A DNA stretch of 64,000 nucleotides, taken from positions 1-64,000 of the forward strand of contig CAXXNO010000006.1 of NCBI GenBank assembly GCA_963663235.2. Direction: 5' to 3'. Origin of the DNA: Dehalococcoidia bacterium. Its GTDB lineage: Bacteria; Chloroflexota; Dehalococcoidia; Bin125. The notes under the pieces are model-generated. The model had not been told where the DNA came from, made no database searches, and worked only from the letters and a program-made list of their open reading frames with translations. Each line of letters begins with the position of its first letter. The stretch's first letter is position 1. A program made the translations under genes and the position numbers. This document shows positions 1 through 7,989 of this stretch, one piece after another.

Positions 1-51
1 AGTGTCAAGTGGTCTATCGCGCTAGTGCCACGAACGCCTAGATTAGGGGCG

Positions 52-318
52 ATGCCACGACGCAAGGCAGGCAGGCTCTTGGACTCGGAGAAGACGATCC
101 TCGCAGCGCTGGCGGAGTCGCCCCGTCACGGCTGGGCGCTTGCCGAGGCTCTAGGCCAGCCGAGACGTACTATCTTCGGGGCCTTGCAACGGCTCGACAG
201 TAAGGGCCTCCTGTCGGGTCGATGGGATACGACGACGGCTCCTCCTCGCAGGGTCTACAAACTCACAAGCGCCGGCCGCCGCGCCTTGCCTCCGGCCGAT
301 CCCCCCGACGCCCCCTAG
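52..318 (+). CDS. PadR-family winged-helix transcriptional regulator (copy 1)
   Basis: ILAAL..PRHGWAL, ALQRL..KGLLSGRW and PPRRVYKLT.AGRRAL motifs; ATG at 52 aligns with the start of the paralog at 2180. Confidence 0.8.
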   Translation: MPRRKAGRLLDSEKTILAALAESPRHGWALAEALGQPRRTIFGALQRLDSKGLLSGRWDTTTAPPRRVYKLTSAGRRALPPADPPDAP

Positions 319-320
319 AC

Positions 321-530
321 CTCGATCCGATGCCCGCGATCGGCCCCTGGTGGCCCTACGCTGCCCCTCAGCCGCTTTTACGTCAGAACAGGAGTTCCAA
401 AGAGCCTCGATCCGGCTGATCCAATAGGCCTGAGGCGCGAGGCACCCCCGGTTCCCGCGACGCTATCTATTGGCTAGGGGCCCCTGGCGGAAATTCCTTA
501 GACACTCCGTAAAGCGCCGGCTCTGATCAG
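321..530. repeat. Diverged non-coding element, copy 1 (homologous to 4296-4482)
   Basis: Colinear shared blocks CTCGATCCG.TGCCC, CTCAGC.GCTTT, GAAC-N4-GTTC, CGATCCGGC, GGCGCGAGGC; 461-489 matches 4439-4467 at 26/29. Confidence 0.8.
386..397. promoter_or_regulatory. Candidate LexA (Cheo-type) box GAACAGGAGTTC
   Basis: GAAC-N4-GTTC palindrome, conserved at the same position in the second element copy with a different spacer. Confidence 0.5.
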
Positions 531-563
531 GTGCTCACGTTCCTCGGGGCGCGACGGCGTAGC

Positions 564-668
564 TTACGGCGCGGGCTGCTCCCACGTCGCGGCGGCGGTC
601 AGGCGGATGAAGAAGGCGTCGCCATTGTTGAGCGTGGCGAACGTATTGCCGACGGGGGCGGCGCGGCT
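564..668 (-). pseudogene. Orphan 3' fragment of a C-terminal surface-protein domain (SRAAPVGNTFATLNNGDAFFIRLTAAATWEQPAP*)
   Basis: In frame directly after the TGA of the 669-1859 gene; paralogous to 1929-2033. Confidence 0.6.
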
Positions 669-1859
669 TCAGACGCCATCCGACGTGGTCTCGCCGCCCA
701 ACTCCACCTTCCAGCGCGTGCAGTCGGTGGTGAGACACGGAAGAACGATAGTCCCCGGCACCTCGGTGATGATCATGAAGGCCGACGCATTGGGGATCAG
801 CGTCTCCTCCCGGAGGAGGGGCGGCAGATCGGTGCTGATCCCGACCCACCGTCGCGCCTGGTTGAGGAAAGTGAAGATCCGGACGTTCTCCGCGAATCGG
901 TCCAGCAGGTCGGTGTTCGTCACCGTATCCCCGCAGTTCGCGACGAAATTCAGGCCGCTGAGGAAATCGAAACTCAAACTGTCATCGACCACGGGGGTCG
1001 GGAGGAATCCCGCGGAACCATCTCCGCCGACGGGGATCTCCATGGTGAAGCTCTCGCTGGCGGACACGAACACCGCCGTCCCGAACCGGAGAGTGAAGTT
1101 CTGCCGGATGGAGCGGGGCAGTCCCGGATCCGCTACGTCGAAGCGCCGCTCCAGCGAGACCAGGACGCACACCCGTCGCAACTGCGGGTACTGATCGAAC
1201 AGTTGGTCCGTGGTCATCTCCGCGCCGCAAAAGCCGAGCGGGCTGAGACCTGCAGGAATCTGCACCTCAACCGGCGCGTCGCCGGACACGACTTCGTCGG
1301 CCACGGGCTGGAGAAAGCCGCCGAGATCCCCGGCCGTCGTGCGGACGAGGACGAACACCCGGCCGGCATCCAGCGCCGCGCGCGAGAGGTCGCCCGATTC
1401 AAAGCCGTCGCTGAAGATTGCGTTCGGCCCTTCGCACGACTCGCCCTCGGCTTCCCGAGGGGCAATCGGGTCGCAGGGGAGTGCGACCACCAACCGACCA
1501 CCGTCCTCCGGGTCCCCCTCGTAGATTTCGGTGGCGGTGACGGCCTCGCGCGGACCTTGCACGTCGAAGGCGAGCTCGACGAACACGTCGAAGAAGCGGA
1601 GAGAGACGTCCCCGACATCCTCACCGCCGAACCGGAGCGTCACGTCGCCGCTCCCCGTGGCGTTGCTCCCCGGCAGCGGGCCGACCGCCACGAACCACTC
1701 CGCGGAGTTCAACTCCGGGAAACCCAAGGCGATTCCCCCCACGGAGATCGGTTCCCCACCCTCCGCCTCCGCGCCCGAGCGCGCGAGGGTGAGGCCGAGC
1801 CCCAGGCTCAGCCCGACCACTACGAGGACTGTGACCGAGATCAGTCGCATCGGGGACAT
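669..1859 (-). CDS. Secreted protein with a CHRD-like segment, an internal IFSDGFESGD motif and a divergent C-terminal domain
   Basis: GGAGG RBS before ATG 1859; hydrophobic signal peptide; acidic beta-rich composition. Confidence 0.75.
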   Translation of the reverse strand: MSPMRLISVTVLVVVGLSLGLGLTLARSGAEAEGGEPISVGGIALGFPELNSAEWFVAVGPLPGSNATGSGDVTLRFGGEDVGDVSLRFFDVFVELAFDVQGPREAVTATEIYEGDPEDGGRLVVALPCDPIAPREAEGESCEGPNAIFSDGFESGDLSRAALDAGRVFVLVRTTAGDLGGFLQPVADEVVSGDAPVEVQIPAGLSPLGFCGAEMTTDQLFDQYPQLRRVCVLVSLERRFDVADPGLPRSIRQNFTLRFGTAVFVSASESFTMEIPVGGDGSAGFLPTPVVDDSLSFDFLSGLNFVANCGDTVTNTDLLDRFAENVRIFTFLNQARRWVGISTDLPPLLREETLIPNASAFMIITEVPGTIVLPCLTTDCTRWKVELGGETTSDGV

Positions 1860-1928
1860 GCCGCGCCTCCGTTTCACAGGGAACGGAGGCTAGGCGCGTG
1901 GCCCGCGAGCGTCAACGCGGGAACTGCG

Positions 1929-2033
1929 TTACGGCGCCGGCTGCTCCCAGGTGGCAGGGCCGGTCAGGCGGATGAAGAAGGCATCGCCGTTGGCGAGCGT
2001 GGCCATCGAGTTCGCGCCCCGCGCGGAGCGGCT
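1929..2033 (-). pseudogene. Second orphan 3' fragment (SRSARGANSMATLANGDAFFIRLTGPATWEQPAP*)
   Basis: Diverged direct repeat of 564-668 ending in the same TAA. Confidence 0.6.
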
Positions 2034-2179
2034 ACACGCGCCGGACTGATTCGGTCGCACAGCATCATCGGACGGTCGTACCGAGGTGGAGATCACGGCG
2101 CGCATGGTGGCGCCAGGCTCGCGCATCTTCCCGATCGCGCATTGCTGCGCTATGGCAGGGAGCGCGTAGACTCGGGGCG

Positions 2180-2518
2180 ATGTCACGGCGTAAGGCTGGC
2201 GCAATATTGGACTCCGAGATGGTGATTCTCCAAGCGCTCGCAGCGTCCCCGTCGCATGGATTCGCACTCACGAAGACGCTGGGACGGCCCGGCCGGGCGA
2301 TTTTCGACGCGCTCCACCGCCTAGAGGATTGGGGCCTGCTCTCCGGCCGCTGGGACGCTTCGACCTACCCTCCGAGGCGCACCTACAAGCTCACGCCCGC
2401 CGGGAAACGCGCCTTGGCCCCGACCGATCCCCCCGACGCCTCCTCGATCGGCGCTAGGCGGGCAGCACGATCTCCTGCGCCGCCTCCGAGACGATCCACA
2501 GCACGGCGCCCTGGCTGA
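2180..2518 (+). CDS. PadR-family regulator (copy 2); stop displaced, C-terminus runs into the convergent gene
   Basis: About two-thirds identical to copy 1 over 87 aa (manual alignment); ~35 bp upstream also conserved. Confidence 0.8.
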   Translation: MSRRKAGAILDSEMVILQALAASPSHGFALTKTLGRPGRAIFDALHRLEDWGLLSGRWDASTYPPRRTYKLTPAGKRALAPTDPPDASSIGARRAARSPAPPPRRSTARRPG

Positions 2519-4223
2519 GGGCGAAGTTGGTGATGCCCAGCACGGGAATGAACGAGGTCCAGCTGACGGCGGCCGGGTCGAAGAGCCAGGCGATTTTGAC
2601 CGTGCCGAAGACATCCGCCGCCTGCGCCGCCCCGAACGCCCAGAAGAGGAACTGGCCACCGGCATTGAGGGTGAGGACGTCCGGGGCCGGCGGCTCCTCT
2701 TCTACCACCTCCTCCACCTCGTCCACCGGCTCCTCTTCCGCTTCCTCCTCGACGATCTCGACGAACAACACCGTCGTCAGGTGCGGCAACGACGCCTCCA
2801 CCACCACCGGCGGGCCCAACGACACCACCGTCACCGCGATGACCTCCCCGTTCACGACCACCGCGCCGCTCGCCGCGTCGAACCCCGCCGGCAGCTCAAA
2901 CTGCACCGTCACCGGCGTCGTGCCGCCGACGTCGGTCCCGTTTTGGTCCGAGATATTGATCTCCACCCCGAACGCCATCGTGCCCGCCGGCAGCCCGGCC
3001 TCCGCCAGCGCGTCCGCCACGGCCTGGGCGGAGGCGTCCCCCATGCTCACGATGATGTCCGTGGTGCCCGCCGGCAGGTCATCGACGTCGATCGTCACCG
3101 TCGTCCCCGCCCCGTCCGTCACGTTGACCACGGTCATCTCGTTGTCCGTGGTGCTCTCCGTGGCCAGATTGATGGTCGCGCGGCCGGTGGTCGGGTCCAC
3201 CGTGTTCGTCCCCGTGGCCGGGTCGAACGTGCCTTCGTCCACGGGCTCCATCCCGTTCCCGTCGTCCGGCGGGACGAATTCCCCGATCGCGCAGGCGGCC
3301 GACGTCCCGGTCTCGCCGCCGGTCCCCAACCCCGCGCCGGCGGTGTCGGTGGCGGTGACCGTGAAGGCGCCGGGGCCGACGAAGGTCACTTGAAGCACCA
3401 GCAGCCCGGCCGCGAAGTTGGCGGTCTTGCCGCCGCCGGCGCCGAGCGCCCCCGTGGAGGTGATCTGCGCGGTGTTGCCGGCGCCGGTGAAGTTGGGGCC
3501 GCCGTTGGTGCCGTTGACGGTGTTGTTGAACTGGTCCCGCGCCGTGAGCGAGACGTCCGCCGGGGTGCCGGCCACGTTGCCGAAGCACGCCAGCGTCACC
3601 AGGAAGTTGGCCAGCGCCCCGTTCGCCTCCGTCAGCGTGCCGAAGTTGGTTCCGCCCGAGCCATCGGCGGCGTTGGTGGTCACGATGCCCGGCAGCGCGC
3701 CGGTGGTACCGGCGTCCGTCCGTGCGCCGGTAGATCTGGCTGCCGGCGAGCGGCGTGCCCACGGTGGGCCGCACGGCGATCGCCGGCCCCGCGCCCACGA
3801 TCATCGTGTCGAGCACGCCCGCCGCGGCGTCGGTCGAATAGGTGATGGTGATCTTCGTGGCGGTGAGGACCACGGCCAGCGCCGTGATGTCGTCCCCGCT
3901 TGCGGCGTTGATGCTCGGTTGCTGCGCGGCGTTGAACTCGTACCCGGCGGGGACCGTCAGGATGATCGTCGCTCCAGCCTTGTTCACACCAAAATCGCCA
4001 TTTGCTGTTTCCGTCAGGGTGATTGGGCCAAGGTCGGTGTAGGCCCGGTGCCGCCGACGCCGGCGGTGTCGGCGGAGAGGCCCATCCCGCCCGTCGCGGG
4101 TGTCACGGCAATGGCCCCGGAGGCCGCCGCCGGTGGATGACCGACGATTGCGGCGGCTGCGATCAGCAGCAGGGCCGCAAGCGCCCCAAAACCCAGCAGA
4201 CGATGACGGATGAGGTGATGCAC
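2454..4223 (-). pseudogene. Secreted/surface protein (~590 codons) with acidic linker and conserved C-terminal domain, interrupted by two compensating frameshifts (~4045 and ~3720)
   Basis: Signal-peptide ORF 4014-4223, middle segment in the frame of the ORF starting at 3987, and ORF 2454-3683 join into one Thr/Gly/Ala-rich protein; breaks may be sequencing errors. Confidence 0.7.
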
Positions 4224-4295
4224 GGGACCCTCCTCAACGCGACCCCGAGGTTCGAAGCCGCCGCCAGTCTCTCATACGCGTCGCAGCCCGTCGCT

Positions 4296-4482
4296 CTCGA
4301 TCCGCTGCCCCAGATCACCCGCGAATGCCCGCAGGCTGGCGCTCAGCGGCTTTGGGACTCGAACGGGTGTTCTACTAGGGGCCACGATCCGGCCCCTCCA
4401 GAGAGGGCTGTGGCGCGAGGCGGTGTCCCGGTCGAGATCGCTATCTACTGTCGAGGGGCCCCTGGCGTCGGATTTCTGATCA
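4296..4482. repeat. Diverged non-coding element, copy 2
   Basis: Colinear with 321-530. Confidence 0.8.
4361..4372. promoter_or_regulatory. Candidate LexA box GAACGGGTGTTC
   Basis: GAAC-N4-GTTC palindrome ~140 bp upstream of the 4223 start. Confidence 0.5.
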
Positions 4483-4596
4483 CCCTCTAAAGGGCGGCCC
4501 GCCGCTCTACCAGGCTGCGATCAGTCGCTCGTGCCCACTCCCACCGTGGACATGTCCACGCTCCATCCCAATCGATAGGCAAGGTAGACTGATTCT

Positions 4597-5313
4597 ATGA
4601 GCGGCACGTCCCGCCCCGATACCGATCGCGTGCAGGTGCTCTCCCGTCTCGCCTTCAACAATGGCAACGTGGCTAAGACCGCCAGAGAGACGCACGTCCC
4701 CCGTACTACGGTGATCCGCTGGCGGGATCAGGCCAATGAGGACGCTGGGCAGGACGTTGGGGCGATCCCTGCGCTTGGGACGCCTAATGCAGAAGGGGTT
4801 CAGGGCAATGGGAGTGGTGGTTCACACACGGCGAACGTGGACACCTTAAAAGGGAAATCGTGGGACGCGATCCGCATCGAAGCAGGCCAGGAGTTCCTCG
4901 GCCTTGCGCGGCAAGCCCAGACGATGCTGCAACGCGAGCTCACTGCCATTGAGGCGGAAGGCGAGCGTCTCCCCGCCTCACTGCTCAAGTCCGTGGCAGT
5001 CGTGTTCGGGATCAGCGCGCAACGGGCTGGCGACCTGCTGAAGGACCCCGAACAGCTCGCGCCCTTGGTGGATGCGCGGCAGGTCTTCGCGGGGCTCAGC
5101 ACGGACGACCTCAGGGAGTTAGCACGAGATAGTCGTGCGGCGCGGGGCGCAGGAGAGACCATTGAGGTCGAAGCCACCCCACCACCGTCTAACAGTTCCA
5201 CCACGCCCAGCCCGATGCCACCCGTCACGTCTCCGCGACAGATCCCTAGCCGCGTCCCCCGTCAGCGCCCCCAGCCAGCACCAACCGTTCCCTCGCTCTT
5301 TCCATCGTCGTAG
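4597..5313 (+). CDS. N-terminal HTH protein, phage terminase-small-subunit-like
   Basis: GNVAKTARETHVPRTTVIRWR HTH, helical middle, LSTDDLRELA motif, Pro-rich tail. Confidence 0.55.
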   Translation: MSGTSRPDTDRVQVLSRLAFNNGNVAKTARETHVPRTTVIRWRDQANEDAGQDVGAIPALGTPNAEGVQGNGSGGSHTANVDTLKGKSWDAIRIEAGQEFLGLARQAQTMLQRELTAIEAEGERLPASLLKSVAVVFGISAQRAGDLLKDPEQLAPLVDARQVFAGLSTDDLRELARDSRAARGAGETIEVEATPPPSNSSTTPSPMPPVTSPRQIPSRVPRQRPQPAPTVPSLFPSS

Positions 5314-5331
5314 CACGACGACCCCACGCGT

Positions 5332-5364
5332 ACCCCTCACCTACCTCCATCCCCGCGCGCAATA
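5332..5364. repeat. 33-bp imperfect direct repeat, copy 1
   Basis: 28/33 identical to 6320-6352. Confidence 0.75.
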
Positions 5365-5416
5365 CCCCGTCTGACCCGCCGCACGCGGCAAGCACGCAAG
5401 CCGGGGCGGAGGTGCC

Positions 5417-6043
5417 TCAACCCTCCGCCTCCATCCGTCTGCGGCGGTCCGACATCGATTCGCCGTCGTGACTCCAGTACACGGGGCCCTGGACCCCCCC
5501 GGATCCGTGGACCCAGTCCCCGAGGTGCTCGCGTGTCCGGAGAACGGCGCTGGCGGCCGCGGACAGCGACAGCTCCTTGTCCTCAAAGACGACGGTGCGA
5601 CGGGATTTGACGACGCAGGTGATGTCCGGAGCATCGTAAAACTGGAGCGTCGTGCCCGGTGCAATCGCCACCATTTCGAAGTTGAACGCTTCTCGTCGGC
5701 TGCGTGCTTTGCTCAACGCCTCCTGAGCATCGGAGTCTTCCACGATATCGGCCCCCGGGGTAACGTCTCGTCCGCCGGTCAATTCCATCGCTGCCAGTAC
5801 ACGCTCGGGCGAGACCTCGAAGAATTCGCGTGTCCGGCGGGTTCGGTGGTCCGCGAAAACCGCGTGAAGTTGACGCTCTACCTGCTCGGGATTTTCGACT
5901 TCGACGGCATACTCACGGATGAAAGGCACCGGCAAATTCGTGCCGTCCAGGGACTTGAGCCGCTGCTCTAGGTCGGCCGTCGTACCAATCTTCACGTAAT
6001 CCGGCATAGCCGGATTCGACAGGCAGTACACGATGCCCGGCAT
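5417..6043 (-). CDS. GIY-YIG nuclease family protein (T5orf172-type domain)
   Basis: GIVYCLSNPAMPDYVKIG.T, RL..L, P.PF, E..LH..F, REFF motifs. Confidence 0.85.
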   Translation of the reverse strand: MPGIVYCLSNPAMPDYVKIGTTADLEQRLKSLDGTNLPVPFIREYAVEVENPEQVERQLHAVFADHRTRRTREFFEVSPERVLAAMELTGGRDVTPGADIVEDSDAQEALSKARSRREAFNFEMVAIAPGTTLQFYDAPDITCVVKSRRTVVFEDKELSLSAAASAVLRTREHLGDWVHGSGGVQGPVYWSHDGESMSDRRRRMEAEG

Positions 6044-6319
6044 TCAGTTCCCCTTTCTGGATTGCGGACGTGCAAGCTAACAGATGACTGCCGCGGCCGG
6101 AGAGCGAGGGTCGAACCCCACGCGCGCGAGGCAGTCCCGGACCCAAACACTCCGCAGGAAGCGTGTCGCCATAAATGCGCGCGTGCGTAGTGGTCCCTCG
6201 CGCGGCGCGCGTCGGGCGTTTCGGTCGGCAATCGCTGCTCACGTATCGCAGCGCCCTACTTTTTAGTAGGGGGATACAGAGGGTATGGAAGGTGGTATGT
6301 ACCCCCGATACCCCCTAGC

Positions 6320-6352
6320 ACCCCTCACCTATCTACAGCACCACGCGCAATA
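6320..6352. repeat. 33-bp imperfect direct repeat, copy 2
   Basis: 28/33 identical to 5332-5364. Confidence 0.75.
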
Positions 6353-6600
6353 TGGCATCTTACCTAGATAGCTTCGGCAGGGCAGGCCGACGTCACTCCA
6401 TGCCTGCCAATGGGCCCGTGTTGACCAGCCCGACACCGTCCGCCACGCCTCAGCGAGAGCCCTTTGACCGAGCCCCAGGTCATCGCCCCCAGCCGGCCCC
6501 CCCACGTCGTAGCGCAACACCAAAGTGAGAAGCACTCTCACTTTCCCAGGCGCGGCCCTCGGTGTTCGGCCCGTACTTCTACTGATAGTGCTGACCCTGT

Positions 6601-6620
6601 GCCTGTCAGTTAGCCTGTCA
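6601..6620. other. Tandem GCCTGTCA repeats, possible integrase arm-type sites
   Basis: GCCTGTCA at 6601-6608 and 6613-6620, ~50 bp from the tRNA 3' end. Confidence 0.4.
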
Positions 6621-6667
6621 AATGCTCATGGCAACAGTGCGTGATCGCGGGCTCAATCTGGTGAATG

Positions 6668-6742
6668 TGGTCCCCCCGGCAGGAATCGAACCTGCGCACA
6701 TGGTTTAGGAAACCACTGCTCTATCCGCTGAGCTACGGGGGG
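6668..6742 (-). tRNA. tRNA-Arg(CCT)
   Basis: Cloverleaf, anticodon loop TTCCTAA, encoded CCA. Confidence 0.95.
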
Positions 6743-6785
6743 ATACCGAGGCGGCAGCGAAGGCGTGCCCCTTCGAGGATAGGCG

Positions 6786-7874
6786 CTACGGCCGCACCTC
6801 GTAATAGGAGTTGAAGCGGTGCGGCAGGTCGATCCGGCGGAAGCGGGTAAAGCCCGCGGCGGCGACCAGATCCCGCATGACCGGCTCCGGCAGGCCGAGT
6901 GTGCCGAGCCCGGCTCCATCCGGCTCGGAGAGCCCGGACGACAAACAACCGAGAACCGATAGCGCGTACGATAGCGCGGCGTAGCGTTTCCGTTTCAAGT
7001 TTTCCTCAAAGCTCGCTCCTGCAACGACATCGGCGATGAACCAGGTGCCGTTCGGTTTCAACGCGGCACGGATCGCCGCCGCCGCTCGATCCGGGTGCGA
7101 CATGTCGTGGAGACAGTCCAGCGTGAGGGCAAGATCAACGCTGCCGTCCTGCGGTGGCGCCTGTCGGGCGACGTCGTGAAACGCGACGTTCGCCGTGCCC
7201 GACTCCCGATGATGCCCCTCAGCGAGTGCCAGCATTTGCTTAGAGATGTCGTAGCCGTCAAACCTGGAGCGTGGAAACGCTCTCGCCATCTCGATCAGCG
7301 CGATGCCCGACCCGCAGCCGAGATCGATGACGGATGCCCCGGCCTGTAGCTTTTCCACGACACCGTCCAGCGCAGGTAAGGCGACCGGTACCAACACAGT
7401 GCGATGCCAGTTTCGCAGCGTGTTGTGGGTGCAGGCTGCGGCCTCCGGCCCGCGATCGTCCCAGGTAAGGCCGATTCCCGTGCGGAACGCTTCCTCCAGC
7501 CGGTCGACCAGCCCGATCCGATGCGGCAGGGCATCGAAAAGGCCGCCCATGAACTCCAGGCCGTCTTCGTCGGCGAGCAGGGTGGTGCTCTCCGGCGAAA
7601 GCTCGAAACGGCCGTTACCGCGGTAGTCGACGATGTCCGCGGCGGTCTGGCCCTGCAGCCACTCCCGAACCCAGCGCTCGTGTAGCCCCGTGCGCCGTGC
7701 GAGCTCGTCGCTGGTGACTAGCCCGGCCCCCGTGAGGGCCTGGTAGAGGCCCAAACGCAACCCCAGGCAGACCATCGCTCCGACGTGGGCGCCGATCGCG
7801 AGGCCCCCAATGACCTTCGTCTTCTCTTTCAGGCGCTCGGCGTCCACCGGCGGGCTCGGAAGGCTCATCCTCAT
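6786..7874 (-). CDS. Class I SAM-dependent methyltransferase with N-terminal wHTH (Rv2258c-like)
   Basis: ELA.RTGL.ERWVREWL; VIDLGCGSG; DCLHDM. Confidence 0.9.
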   Translation of the reverse strand: MRMSLPSPPVDAERLKEKTKVIGGLAIGAHVGAMVCLGLRLGLYQALTGAGLVTSDELARRTGLHERWVREWLQGQTAADIVDYRGNGRFELSPESTTLLADEDGLEFMGGLFDALPHRIGLVDRLEEAFRTGIGLTWDDRGPEAAACTHNTLRNWHRTVLVPVALPALDGVVEKLQAGASVIDLGCGSGIALIEMARAFPRSRFDGYDISKQMLALAEGHHRESGTANVAFHDVARQAPPQDGSVDLALTLDCLHDMSHPDRAAAAIRAALKPNGTWFIADVVAGASFEENLKRKRYAALSYALSVLGCLSSGLSEPDGAGLGTLGLPEPVMRDLVAAAGFTRFRRIDLPHRFNSYYEVRP

Positions 7875-7989
7875 CCCCTCTCGCTGGTTGCCAGTCTACC
7901 CGCCTGGCTGGTGCGATAATGCACAGCGCCCAGTGAGGATGACGGCTCGTCGGCGGATTCTGCCGGGGCGCGGGAAGGACGACTACGCG

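Larger units (their letters stand above)
1..6667. mobile_element. Degenerate genomic island or phage remnant adjacent to the 3' end of tRNA-Arg(CCT); left boundary outside window
   Basis: Abuts the tRNA CCA end (6668). Contains a phage-like HTH gene, a GIY-YIG gene, duplicated PadR genes, nested repeats and a tandem GCCTGTCA near the tRNA. No housekeeping genes; no integrase seen in the window. Confidence 0.6.

Noticed and set aside
669-671. TGA of the secreted gene as selenocysteine
   Set aside because: No Cys-equivalent context or convincing SECIS; kept only as a relic or read-through hypothesis
531-2225. 564-aa plus-strand ORF and other long antisense ORFs (e.g. 33723-35498, 55608-57302, 10621-11871)
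   Set aside because: Shadow frames of real genes in high-GC DNA; Arg/His-rich with no recognisable motifs
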